The notes: a model not told the origin generated them from the letters alone. A DNA stretch of 64,000 nucleotides from Octopus sinensis (GCF_006345805.1 NC_043020.1:7998001-8062000); one strand, 5' to 3'. Shown: positions 1 to 12,922, counted from the stretch's first letter. Program-made: numbers and translations.

Positions 1-87
1 GTTACAGTGGTGGTGATGGTGGTAGTAGTATCAGTAGCAGTGTTAGCTGTAGCTGGGTTGCTCTGTCAACAACAGCAATGCGGTGCC

Positions 88-128
<41 letters not shown>

Positions 129-315
129 AAGTAGTAGTATTAGTCATTACACTGTATTGTACAACAGCTGTGGGCCTGAGCCAATAAGGTAGTCTATGTA
201 GTTGTCTTTTCTCCTTCTACTGGCCATTAGGGTCTGAAGGGACACTGTAAAGCTAAGCGTTTTATGGACGTGAAACCCAGGGTAACCCCATAGACTGGCC
301 ATAAGTATCTTTATG

Positions 316-393
<78 letters not shown>

Positions 394-1151
394 GTGTATG
401 TATATATCATCATCATTGTTTAATGTCTGTTTTCCATGCTGGCACGGGTTGGACGGTTTGACTGAGGTCTGGAGAGCCAGTGGCTGCACCAGGCTCCAAT
501 CTGATCTAGCAATGTTTCTACAGCTGGATGCCCTTCCTAACACCAACCACTCTGAGAGTGTAGTGGGTACTTTTTATGTGCCACCGGCATGGGAGCCAGT
601 CTGGTGGGCCTGGCATCAATCACGTTAGGATGGTGCTTTTTACGTGCCACTGGCACAAGAGCCAGTCAGGGGGTACTGGCATCAACCACGATTGGTTGGT
701 GCATTTTATGTGCCACAGGCACGGGAGCCAGTCAGGCGGGCCTGGCATCGACTACGTTCGGATGGTGCTTTTTACATGTCATGGGCATGGGAGCCAGTCA
801 GGGGACATATATATATATATATATATATATACATATCACTCTATTAACCAGACTATTGGATGTTGTTACACACTGCTGGTCACAGTGCATTTTGCATTGT
901 TATATTTTTCGAATGATGCTACTCCTTTGGCTAGGTGGGCAGGCCAACATTCCTCTTGAACAGAACGGCAGTCCATTGCAGGGTTTAGAGTTACCCATTT
1001 ACAGGGTAGCAAGGTTTAGAATGGTGATGGCTATAGGAGCAGTGGTAGAGTGTTAATAATAGTAGTTACAGTGGTGGTGATGGTGGTAGTAGTATCAGTA
1101 GCAGTGTTAGCTGTAGCTGGGTTGCTCTGTCAACAACAGCAATGCGGTGCC

Positions 1152-1195
<44 letters not shown>
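1..1195. repeat. Direct repeat: 1-~122 equals 1065-~1186
   Basis: Identical gttacagtggtggtgatgg...cggtgccagt(agt)n. Confidence 0.9.
408..803 (-). mobile_element. Family D retroposon
   Basis: Reverse complement of family D with about 4 internal units. Confidence 0.85.
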
Positions 1196-1197
<2 letters not shown>

Positions 1198-1393
1198 ATG
1201 GTGATGCTGGTGGTAATCAGCACTGGATTAACCATTGAGCCAAATAAGCATGTGCTTAGGACATCAAGGGAAGTGGAGGGTGCCACAGAATTAGCTTACA
1301 GCAAAAACGAAATCACTTTAAACTTGCTAAAATAAACATTATTTTCCACATTACTGTCCTACATTTTCAGGCATTGTTCCTATAATATAAAAG

Positions 1394-1428
<35 letters not shown>

Positions 1429-1434
1429 CATTAA

Positions 1435-2510
1435 GGTGGCGAGCTGGCAGAATCTTTAATATGCTAGGCAAAGTACTCAGCAGTATTTCACCTGCCGCTA
1501 CATTCTGAGTTCAAATTCCATCAAGGTCGACTTTGCCTTTCTTCCATTCGGGGTCAATATGTTAAGTACCAGTGAAACACTGAGGTCAATGTAATCGACT
1601 ATTCTCTTCTCCCCAAATTTCAGGCCTTCTTGCCTTTTGTAGAAAAGAAGAGATCTATTGAGTCAAGTGCGTCAACATCAAAATAAAAATTCAAATGGAA
1701 ATTGTAGTTAAGACACCCATGCCGGTGACATTTAAAAAGCACTGTCCGAACATGGCAGATGGCAGCGCCGCCTGACTGGCGTCCGTGTCAGTAACACGTA
1801 AAAACACCAACCGATTGTGGCCTTTTGCTAGCCTGCTCTGGCCCCTGTGCCGGTGGCACGTAAAAAACACCCACTACTCTCATGGAGTGGTTGGCATTAG
1901 GAAGGGCATCCAGCTGTAGAAACGCTGCCAAATCAGACTAGAGCCTGGTGCAGCCTCCATGGCTTACCAGACCCTGGTCGAACCGTCCAACCCATGCCAA
2001 CATGGAAAACGGACGTTAAATGATGATGATGATGATGGTGATTATTGTTATTATTATTATTATTATTATTATTTAGGTGGAAGCTCACAGAATCATTAGC
2101 ATGCCACCTTAATTTGAACCCAGGATATAAAAACATATGAAATGCCGTGAAGTGGCATTTCTTATATCTTTACATTTTGGGTTCAAATTCTCCAAGGTTG
2201 ACTTTATCTTTCATCCTTTCAGGGTCAATGAAATAAGCTGAGCGCTGGGGTTGATGTATTTGACTTACTTCCTCCTCATAAAATTTCAGGCCTTGTGCCT
2301 ACTGTAGAAAGGATCATCATTATTTTTCTTATTGTTATTAAGGTGGTGAGCTGGCAGAATTGTTAGCACATCAGATGAAATGCTTAGTGGCATTTCCTCT
2401 GACTATTTATAGTCTAAGTTCAAATTCCACTAAAACCAACTTTGCATTTCACCCTTTTGGGGTCAATGAAATAAGGACCAGTTGAGCATTGGGATTCATG
2501 TAATCAACTA
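1435..2510 (+). mobile_element. Cluster of three older SINE B copies (1435-1648, 2075-2312, 2341-2510) around a family D element
   Basis: Each follows (att)n and carries the B head, B box and core. Confidence 0.8.
1660..2040 (+). mobile_element. Family D retroposon; closely related truncated copy at 2526-2725
   Basis: Three internal units plus tail. Confidence 0.85.
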
Positions 2511-3296
2511 AAAAATATTTCCCTAAAAATTGTAGTTAAGACACCTGTGCCGGTGACACGTAAAAAGCACCGTCCGAACGTGGCAGATGCCAGCGCCACC
2601 TGACTGGCGTCCGTGTTGGTGACACGTAGAAGCACCAACCGATCGTGGCCGTTTGCCAGCCTTCTCTGGCCCCTGTGCCGGTGGCACATTAAAAACCATC
2701 CAGCTGTAGAAACACTGCCAAATCACTGACTTACAGAAAGTGGTTGACAGATTTCTCTCAAGTTATTCCCTGCCATACTACAAAAAGGAACACTTGATAC
2801 ACTATGCCTGATGGAGTCGAAATAGAAATAGACAGCTTGGTTATGGCTGGAGTGTCTTTGATCCTAGCTCTGCTCAATCAAGTCTGACCTGTGTTAAACG
2901 ACGACAATGTAATATGTCTGTGCAGTTTTTCATGTGCCAGTTACATTTTGAAGACATTAATTACGCTAATTGCTTTGCCGGCCACTCTGATTGCTCTGTG
3001 GAAGCAACTACTGATCATCAGAATAACATCTTAAACAGTTCCGGGCCATTTCAATATTGACTTGATGTCGAATGAAGAAACTCATTGAAGTTCTTCTAAA
3101 TAATTTCTTGTACATGCACTTATGATCTTCCATACATACAAACACATATATACTTGCATGTACACACACACACATACACACACACGCACACACACACACA
3201 CACACACAAACACATACACACAAATAGCTTTCTTTGACTCTTCCGAGCAGCTTTTGCAGATAAATCAAGTGTCTGCCTGTTCCTATTAATTCTTAC

Positions 3297-3355
3297 CAAA
3301 GAGCTCCTCGTACCCACTCCAATTAGGTAGATGTTTCGTTAGATTCCATTTAGTT
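3297..3355 (-). CDS. Candidate minus-strand exon TKWNLTKHLPNWSGYEELF
   Basis: Minus-strand acceptor tcttttaattccag| and strong donor TTG|gtaaga; open frame; no homology recognised. Confidence 0.3.
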
Positions 3356-3573
3356 CTGGAATTAAAAGACTTGAGATTCTAAGCCGGCAGTGGCGGTGGG
3401 GAAGTTCCATAACCATTTTTTTTCTTCATAATATTCCTGAACTTATACAAGTGAATCAATAATAATAATTTCCTTGTTTAGACATTAAAGGACATAAGAT
3501 AGTCTTCTTTCATTTTCATTTTATTTTATTTTATTGACTTTCACAAGAATGAAAGGCAAAGATAATAATGATG

Positions 3574-3606
<33 letters not shown>

Positions 3607-3615
3607 GTTTCAAAT

Positions 3616-4185
3616 TGCCCTGATGCAATACCAGGCAGTGGCTCTCATGGCTTTTGATCTTAACTGATTGGCAGTATTATCATGTGCATGTGTTGTTTTG
3701 GTATAAAAGATGGGCTACAGCAAATATTCTGCTCATACCACAGATTTGCTTGTAACAAGATTGACCTTAACCAGTTGAGCATGTCCCTCATTGGCTGATG
3801 ATATGTGCATCGCTGATCACGAGCAAGAGTAGCGGGGGAGCATCATAGCTATGTGTCGAGAGGAATTCTTTGGGGTTTGAATAATTCACCTCTGGAAACA
3901 TGGGTGTTTTGTTCAACATCCTTAAAACAAACCTTATTCAGGGACCTTTTTGAGTGGGATGGGCTACTCGACCTGAAGAAAATTCTAACTGGGTCCCACC
4001 TGCAAGGTCATGCTCTGTTTATCTTGATATGAGATCACCATGTCATGCACATATGGTTGTGATGCATGTGCCTGGTGTACCCTTATCAGACAGGTAATCA
4101 TGATGGGTATATTGGGCTTCGTATATTTGTACCCTGGTGTCACTTTGATGACATGCACTGCTCTCTCACTCAATAACAATAATAA
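3616..4185 (+). mobile_element. Family F: LINE 3'-UTR-like repeat with (AAT)n tail, unclassified
   Basis: Colinear copies at 6713-6848 (+) and 59148-59660 (-), all adjacent to (aat)n. Confidence 0.7.
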
Positions 4186-4605
4186 TGGTTTTAAATTTTG
4201 GCACAAGGCCAGCAGTTTCAGGGGAGGGGGTAAGTTGATTACATTGACTCCTGTATTCAACTGGTAATTATTGTATTGATCCAAAAGGATGGCAGGCTAA
4301 ATTGGCCTTGGTGAAATTTGAACTCAAAATGTAAAGGACCAGGACAAATACCATAGAGCTTTTTTTTTTTCTGAAGTTTTTAACGATTTTGCTAGTCCTC
4401 TGCCCTAATAATACTACTACTAATAATAATAATAATAACCTTTTCTGCTATAGGCACAAGGCCTGAAATTTATGGGGAAGGGACTAGTCAATTACATCGA
4501 CCCCAGTGTTTAATTGGTACTTAATTTATCAGTCCTGAAAGGATGAAAGGCAAAGTCAACCTTAGCAGAATTTGAACTCAGAACATAATGATGGTTGAAG
4601 TACTG
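4186..4605 (-). mobile_element. Two older SINE B copies (4186-4405, 4440-4605); further minus copies at 7017-7210, 25322-25531 and 49715-49946
   Basis: Reverse complement of the B consensus. Confidence 0.8.
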
Positions 4606-4611
4606 TTAAAC

Positions 4612-4644
<33 letters not shown>

Positions 4645-4673
4645 TGTATGTATGTATGCATGCATGCATGCAT

Positions 4674-4704
<31 letters not shown>

Positions 4705-4707
4705 CAA

Positions 4708-4850
4708 TAGGCTTCTTTCAGTTTCCGTCTGCCAAATCCACTCACAAGGCTTTGGTCGGCCTGAGTCTATAACAGAAGGCACTTGCCCAAGGTGCCACAC
4801 AGTAGGACTGAACCCAAAACTGTGTGGTCAGGAAAAAAATTTCTCGCCAC
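4708..4850 (-). mobile_element. SINE A, 5' half
   Basis: Reverse complement of the family A head. Confidence 0.75.
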
Positions 4851-6012
4851 ACAGTTGAAAAGAGAGAAAGAGATGAAGACAGTTATTCCGTTAGAATGTT
4901 CTCTCTGCATCCACATGGTCCCATGTTCAGTCTTACTCTGCTGTACCTTGGGCAAGTTTCTTCTGTTTTACCCTTGGGTCAGCCAATACTTTGTGTCCTT
5001 GTGAATGGAGCTTGATACAAGGAAACTGTGCAGAAGCCCACTGTGTGTGTGTGTGTGTGTGTTTACTGGTGTTAAATTAGTGTTGTGTCAGAAAGAGGAA
5101 CTGAGCCATTTCATACATAGATATCAATGACAATAGGGGCAGAATGAAAGATGACTTGGGTGGTGTTGGGGGCAGTGTGACTTTCTAAAACTTTTCTGGT
5201 GCTCCAGCATGGCAGCTGTCCAACAACTGAAACCAATAAAAAAATGTAGAAAGAAAGAAAAAAGAAAAGTAATCAAAAGAACGGATCTTTTCCTTTTGAC
5301 TAGAAATTCCGTCCATCAAAAGGAAAAGATCCAAAAGAACTAACGAAAGTAATCAAAGAACTAACAAATCAGCGGTGGTGCCCCAGCATGGCCACGGCCT
5401 TCGGGCTAAAACATTTTTAAGGATTTAAATCCGTAAAAGTCGTAGCATAATGGTGGTGAAGGAAGAGGAGGTGGTGGTGGTGGTGGTGGTGGTGGTGATG
5501 ACAGTAGTGGTTGCAGTGGTGGTGGTGGTGGTTGTGGCTGTAGCGATGACAGCAGCAGCAGCAGCAGCAACAGTGGCAGTAGTGGTTCCAGCAGTGGTGG
5601 CAGCAGTGGCTGTGGTGGGTGCAGTGCTGGTGGTGGTGGTGGTGGTGGTGGTGGTGGTGGTGATTATTGAAATAAAGTCTAAACGACATAGTTATACCTG
5701 GTGGTAATGGAGACGAAGGGAGGGAGGGAGGGAGCAGTTGAAGAAATCAGCCAAAGAAAGCTGTATGACATTGAGAACACTCCCGTGGGGGTGAAGGTGG
5801 AGCATTGGAGGTGGGGTGGACACACAAAAAAAGGTCAACAGCTAAGACAGCAATCCATCCAATACTAGCCTCTCCCCCCCACCACCACCTAACATCAAGA
5901 ATACAACTGACCCTCATCCCTGCCCTACTACCAGAAAAAAGAAAGAAAGAAATATGCTTTTGTACATGTGTGTGTGCAATGTATATGCTTGTATGTGTTT
6001 ATAATGTATATA

Positions 6013-6183
6013 GGCGCAGGGGTGGCTGTGTGGTAAGTAGCTTGTTAACCAACCACATGGTTCCGGGTTCAGTCCCACTGCGTGGCACCTTGGGCAAGTG
6101 TCTTCTACTATAGCCCTGGGCCGACCAATGCCTTGTGAGTGGATTTGGTAGACGGAAACTGAAAGAAGCCTGTCGTATATATG

Positions 6184-6220
<37 letters not shown>

Positions 6221-6425
6221 TTGTGTGTCTGTGTTTGTCCCCCTAGCATTGCTTGACAACCGATGCTGGAGTGTTTACGTCCCCGTCACTTAGCGGTTCG
6301 GCAAAAAAGAGACCGATAGAATAAGTACTGGGCTTACAAAGAATAAGTCCCGGGGTCGATTTGCTCGACTAAAGGCGGTGCTCCAGCATGGCCGCAGTCA
6401 AATGACTGAAACAAGTAAAAGAGTA
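6013..6425 (+). mobile_element. tRNA-derived SINE family A, full length, with internal (TA)n(TG)n
   Basis: A box TGGCTGTGTGG, B box GGTTCAGTCCC, CORE-like ccttgggcaag, 3' hairpin cagtc-aaat-gactg, tail gtaaaaga. Confidence 0.9.
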
Positions 6426-7334
6426 TATGTGTATATATGTTAGGAAATGGACTGAGAGCTGGGAAGAGTAAAGGAACAGAAAAGGGAGCAAATCGATTGG
6501 GGTTTGTTTTTATGCTATCCCTTAGACAAAAGAATGCCTGTGGTCATTGGTCAAACTGGTTCAAGGCGACAGTCAGCTCAGCTAGCTGGCCAACCACATA
6601 AAGACAACTCATTTACAATGAGTGTATCCTGATCTCTGTGTATGTGATCTCATTGGATTGTTCTGATAATTATTTCTGCTAATGACATGTTTGTTAATAA
6701 TGATAATAATAAATGCCCTGATGCAGTACCAGGCAGTGGTTCTCGTGGCTTCTAATTTTAACTGATTGGAAGTGTTGTTATGTACATTGTTTTGTTTTGG
6801 TATAAAAGATGGGCTACAGCAAATATTCTGCTCAGTACCACAGATTTCTGTCGTAAAAGGGTTAATTTGTCTTTTGTTAACAGTTTCCAGAAGAGAGACT
6901 CTGCCCAAAACAAACTCCTTAAAACAATTTTCCCTGTATTCTTTCTGCTGATTTTTCTGTACGCATACATACATTCACATTGTATGTGATTAAATTGTTG
7001 TGTTTCCTATCTTACTGGTTTCAAATTTTGGCACAAGGCCTGCAGGTTTGGGGAGGGGCTAAGTCGAACCATCCCCAGTGCTCAATTGGTATTTTATCAA
7101 TCCCGGAAGGATGAAAGACAAAGTCAACCATGACAGAATTTGAACTCAGAACATGAGGGGTCAAATGCTACTATGCATTTTGCTAATGATTCTGTCAGTT
7201 TGTCACCATAGAGTTTCCTGTCATATGATTAGCCCTAAAATACCTACCATTTTGAAATATTTTCTTGCAATGTCCCCCTTCAATCACATTTGCCAGAATG
7301 AAATTAATTACTATTATTGTTGTTGTTCTTTCAG

Positions 7335-7474
7335 GTTTCGGAGTCAATCCTTCGACAGTGGACCACCGACCGCATCTTCACCAGATCCGGCCGATGAACC
7401 CCTCACCAATGATGAGAAACGACAACCAATAGACCTTAAACGTAAGAAGAGTTTTCAAAACTCCTCAATCCCAG
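7335..7474 (+). CDS. Internal coding exon (phase 2 in, phase 1 out) of an unidentified large-intron gene: FRSQSFDSGPPTASSPDPADEPLTNDEKRQPIDLKRKKSFQNSSIP
   Basis: Acceptor tgttgttctttcag|G and donor CCAG|gtcagt; open frame; unique, CpG-containing sequence; RxxS and RKKS kinase-type motifs. Confidence 0.8.
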
Positions 7475-7946
7475 GTCAGTGGAAGGGAAAAGTCCCACAA
7501 CTTCCTTCTTCTCTTTCTTATATTACTGGTCGCTGTTTGTATTTTTTGGGGTTTTTTTCCATTTTGGGTGGAGCCAGGACAGTTCATATGACAAGGAAAA
7601 AAAAAAGAATATAACAAGATAAAACTACCCCATGACAATGATGAAGCTTCTCTGTTTCTTTTAATGTGTGTGCATGTGCTTGTATGTAATGATATATAGA
7701 TGAATGCGTATATGTATGCATGTATATATATAAAAAAATAAATAAATAAAAATAAATATATATATATATATAAAAATTTTATAAATATAAATTAATAATT
7801 TTTAATTTTTAACTTTAAATTTAAATAATCTAAATTTTAAATTTTATATTTTATATATTTTGTATATTATTTTAATTATTTTTATTTCTATGTTCTGGTT
7901 TATGTTTTTCACTGTTTGATTTGCCTAATAGTGGTTTTATCTCTAA

Positions 7947-7989
<43 letters not shown>

Positions 7990-7996
7990 ATATACA

Positions 7997-8029
<33 letters not shown>

Positions 8030-8262
8030 GTGTGTGTATGTATATATGATATATGTATGTGCATGTATATGTATATGTGTATGAGTGTGTGTGTGGCTTT
8101 CTGCATGTGTAAAAAATACCCACTACACTCTTGGAGTGGTTGGCATAAGGAAGGGCATCCAGCTGTAGAAACCTTGCCAAATGAGATTGGAACCTGGTGC
8201 AGCTCCCCGGCTTACCAGTTTTCAGTCAAACTGGCCAACCCATGCCAGCATGATGATGATGA

Positions 8263-8317
<55 letters not shown>

Positions 8318-9149
8318 GGAGAGAGAGTGTGAAAGAGAGAGACATGCATATATATATATATATATATCATATAAACATATACATACACACACATGTATAT
8401 AGCACTTGTGTTAGTATGACCTGGTAACATCTAGCCTGCTTTTACTAATTAGTATAGATGCTTGTGTTTTCATGACCAGGCATTGACACCATCACAATTT
8501 GACCTTCTACCTTTGACCCAGTGGATTTGGTAGACGGAAACTAAAAGAACTCCGACGTGTATGTGTGGTGTATACACATATATATAGTGCCACCTGACTG
8601 GCACCCTTGCTGGTGGCACATAAAAAGCACCATTCGAGCGTGATCAATACCATTGCTGCCTGATGAGCTCCCATGTCGTGTGACATGTAAAAAGCACCCA
8701 CTACACTCTCAGAGTGGTTGGCTTTAGAAGGGGCATCCAGGTGTAGAAACCTTGCCAAATGAGATTGGAGCCTGGTGCAGCCTCTCGTACGTACATGTAT
8801 GAAGAAAGTGTGAGAAAGATTTCTATTTATATAATTTACATGTACCTACGTTGCGTATATTTGCATAATTGTATTTCATTGTTTACTTCGTATTTTGTAC
8901 TTATTTGTTTGGCAATCACATTACATTTTGTGTGTCAGTGTGTACTTATGTGTATATATGTATATATATAAAATATATTTCACGCATAAGACTGCATCCA
9001 TGGAAGGTGTGAAATAAATATCAAATATTAGAAAGCCTTTAGGTGTGATAGTTAATGTAGACATGTTCCATTTAGGCTTTTGAATACAGAGACGGAATGG
9101 ATTTGCAGTTATATAATTTACTATCACAGCTAAAGGCTTCTGAATGTTT

Positions 9150-9481
9150 AATGCATATATACATACAGTATGTACATATATATATATATATACACATGCA
9201 CAGACTTACATACAATATATATACAAATATATGTATATAGATATATGTGTATGTATGTGTGTGTATATATGTATATGTATAGATATATGTGTATGTATAT
9301 ATATGTTTGCGTGTATGTGTGGTGTATGTATATTTGTATATATATGTATATGTATATATATGTATATAATATATATATATATATATTATATATATGTATA
9401 TATATATATATATGTATATATGTATATATATATATATGTATATATATGTATGTATATATATATGTATATGTATATATATGT

Positions 9482-9513
<32 letters not shown>

Positions 9514-9801
9514 ATATATGTATATATATATATATGTATATATATATTGTATATATATATATATGTATAATATATGTATATATATGTATATATATATGTA
9601 TATATATATATATGTATATATGTATATATGTATATATGTATATGTATATATGTATATATATATAATATATATATATATGTATATATATGTAATATATATA
9701 TATAATATGTATATATGTATATGTATATATGTATATGTATATATATGTATATATATATATGTATATATACACATGCATATATTTATACATATATATATAA
9801 A

Positions 9802-9840
<39 letters not shown>
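9150..9840. repeat. Long compound (TA)n/(TATG)n microsatellite; similar tracts at 17930-18420, 30640-31010, 39780-40350 and 63130-63470
   Basis: Direct inspection. Confidence 0.95.
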
Positions 9841-9842
<2 letters not shown>

Positions 9843-10904
9843 CTTGGAATCTTCAACTTGGTATGTTTGGAACGAATAAAAGAAAATATCGGTAGAATTG
9901 ACAAATTTCTTCTCACAGAGAGATATTGATGTTTCAACTTTTCAGACACAGACAAACATTCTTCTAATACAGATAGACATTTGTGACTGTGTATGGTACA
10001 TATGTATGTATGTATGTATGTATGTGTGTGTGTGTGTGTGCATGTGTGTGTATGTGCATCTTTATATATATACTCGTGCGTGTGTGTGCATGTACAAATA
10101 TATTGCACATGACGTATTGAAAATCGTTTTTCTCATCTGTTAAATCAAAACTGTTTGTCTGAGTGTGTTTATGTGTGTGTGTGTGTTTATATATTTTATA
10201 TACACACACACATACACATACAAACATCTTAACGGAATATCCTGACACCTTGGTACTGCTCTCTTTTTGTCTCTTTCTATCTGGGTTAGCCATGTATCTC
10301 ATCTAGAGCTAGACACCTGTTCTTGCCCCCTCTATCATACTTAAGCCCTGTCTTGGGCAACCTTTTCTGAGATGCTAGCTGCATGAGATGTTGTTTGTTA
10401 TGAGGCTGGCCATTTTATTAAAAATATTGAAGGTTTCAACAGTTAAGGGTAATGAAAATTTTGGGTGGATATCTCTGATTTCTGTTGTAAAAGAGTTAAT
10501 TGTGTGTCATATGAACTGTCCTGGTTATGACATTAAACTGCATCCATTGGTGAGGTTCCAGCTCAGGAATTCTGGAATTGTGGGGAGCATGGAACCACCT
10601 CTTAATTACCATAACTCCCAGGTCTGTTCTGACTCAGAATGATGCTATCAAGTCTGGGTCCCATCTCTGGATTGAATTTCCAGACAAACGCACATGCGCG
10701 TGCTCAAACACACACACACACTTGATGACGTGTAGTTTGGTTCATGGTGGTGAATTAATGCAGTATGGGTGAAGAGCACAGGATACACAGGGCTTCCAGA
10801 ACATAGTTCCACTGAGGTGGGCAGGTCTTCTGAGGAACCTCATATCACCAGACATCTCAGTCCATTGTTATCTCATCTGTATATATCTATATCTATATAT
10901 ACAC

Positions 10905-11063
10905 GATGAGCTTCTTTCAGTTTCCATCTACCAAATCCATTCACAAGGCTTTGTTCGGCTTGAGGTTATAGTAGAAGACACTTGCCCAAGGTACCACACA
11001 GTGGGACTGAACCTGGAACCATGTGGTTGGTAAGCAAGCTACTTACCACACAGCCACTCCTGC
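10905..11063 (-). mobile_element. SINE A, 5' half
   Basis: Reverse complement of the family A head. Confidence 0.85.
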
Positions 11064-11082
11064 TGCTATATATATATATATA

Positions 11083-11174
11083 TTTAGGAAGTTCAAAGTT
11101 ATGGCCTGTCATAGGGTGACCATTTGTTCTATAGTGGTCACTCTATGACCAGCCATAAGTTTTAACTTCCTAAA
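11083..11174. repeat. Palindrome with 40-bp arms and 12-nt loop
   Basis: tttaggaagtt...gtgacca and tggtcac...aacttcctaaa, 5 mismatches. Confidence 0.9.
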
Positions 11175-11278
11175 AAATATATTACTATTCTAATGCTTTA
11201 GAGTGTGCGTCTTTTTCGGATATATGAACTAGTGGCGATTTATACACACACACACACACGTGTATGTATGTATGTATG

Positions 11279-11315
<37 letters not shown>

Positions 11316-11370
11316 GAGGAAAGCGGCTGAAAGTACACCACCTGCACTGACCTGTAATCCTCATACTCAC

Positions 11371-11418
11371 AGAATCTGTGGGCTTTTTGCAATGTCATGT
11401 TTGACATAAGCATTGTGA
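11371..11418 (-). CDS. Candidate minus-strand exon HNAYVKHDIAKSPQI(L); overlaps an alternative + strand candidate 11373-11468
   Basis: Minus acceptor actttctttgtcag| and donor TCT|gtgagt; phase-compatible with 3297-3355. Confidence 0.2.
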
Positions 11419-11482
11419 CTGACAAAGAAAGTGTAGGTTGTTGCGGCCTCATATATAGGAATGGACAGGTGAGTCATATATA

Positions 11483-11524
<42 letters not shown>

Positions 11525-12080
11525 AGTAGTATTTCTAGCCACTTTGACATGTGTGTTTGCTTGAAATATATATATTGTGTGCAGAAGCAAGCTGCTGCCA
11601 TCTCTAGCAGACGAGGTGTCTAGTATTGAGGAGTGGCAGAAATAGCTTGAAACCAGGACTGATCTACTGGTCCTATCGCTGGGAGATGGTAGGGGTGCAC
11701 TCCCCTGTTTGCAGCTGTGCATTTCTTAACCAGCTAGGGGAGATGTCCTCTTGGGATTAAAAAAATTTGCAGTAGAGTCCACTCAAAAGGACAGCCATGT
11801 TAAAATGGCTATGAATATTACTTCACGGTACAATCACTGTGTTGATCTCTTAGAGAGATTTTAGAACTATATATAAATATATATATCATGGTGGTGCTCC
11901 AGCATGACCACAGCCACCAGGCTGAAACACATAAAAGAATATATATTCAGTATTATCTAGGTAATAACCTCATAATGGTTATTGGCTAACAGAAATCTTC
12001 CCAATGAAATACCAGCACATGGCTATTTGCAGAATCATATTTGTTTATGTAAATATTTATAAAATAATTTTATATAATGA

Positions 12081-12480
12081 CTAGCAGTATCACCCGGCGT
12101 TGCTCGAGTTTGTAAGGGAAATAACTATATAAGCATTTTTAGAGAGTTATAGCCAAAAAATAGCAAAAAAAATGCATTAAAAATGGAAAAAAAATTATGG
12201 TAATTTTTTTTTAAATCGTTGACTCATCGTAGACATTTTTAGAGGGTTATTTCCCTTGTATAATAGCGAAAAAATGCATTAAAATGGAAAAAAATGATGG
12301 TAAATTATTTTTAAAATCGTAGACTCATCGTAGACGCGCGCTAATACCCAGAAGGGCTCGATATGAATCACGACTATAAGATACCCGTTTTGGTTACACT
12401 GCACCGCAAAATGTGGGAGTAGTTAGGAATCTAAATCGTAGGAGACAGACAGCACACAACTTCACTTTTATATATAAAGA
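12081..12480 (-). mobile_element. Non-autonomous Helitron, family H1
   Basis: Minus strand A|TC...subterminal hairpin...CTAG|T; no TSD. Confidence 0.9.
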
Positions 12481-12482
12481 TA

Positions 12483-12922
12483 CTAGCAGCATAGCCCGGC
12501 ATTGCCCGGGTATGTAAGAGCCCCTAGTAGGCAACGACTAATCCCAATCTAGTCCTTTCCCTCTTGGGAACGAAGGCGCATGTGCAGGTTGCAATATCTT
12601 CTCTTCACTCGAATACTTCTGTGTATACGATGTTCCTAGCTGTCCCTTTGGGCGATAAAAAGGTCGAGTTGTGTCCCCTAGACATAAAATGTGTTGCATA
12701 TAAAAAGCTTAGATTCTCGACCCCATGTCGAATTTATCGATTTTTTTCAGAACTGGGGGAACTTTTCAAAGTTTTCGCTGCGTTAGTTTTGAATTATGAC
12801 ATTGGGCTATGTGTGTGTCAAGTTTCATCAGAATCGGTTGAAAGCCGTGGTCAGGGTGAGGGTACAACCTGACAGACACACAGACACGCACACAGACAAA
12901 CTGCCGTTTATATAGAGAGAGA
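12483..12922 (-). mobile_element. Non-autonomous Helitron, family H2 (Lep1-like 5' end)
   Basis: Minus strand A|TCTCTCTCTATATAAA...cccgggcaatgccggg..CTAG|T; aagtttcatcagaatcggttg...acagac repeats near the 5' end. Confidence 0.85.

Noticed and set aside
7455-7474. NSSIP match to PDE4
   Set aside because: Five-residue coincidence; downstream exons do not resemble the PDE catalytic domain
9144-10108. Long ORFs rich in IY/YI/CV/TH, and poly-I/L/M ORFs at 31.5-32.4 kb and 43.7-44.5 kb
   Set aside because: They are translations of stop-free microsatellites
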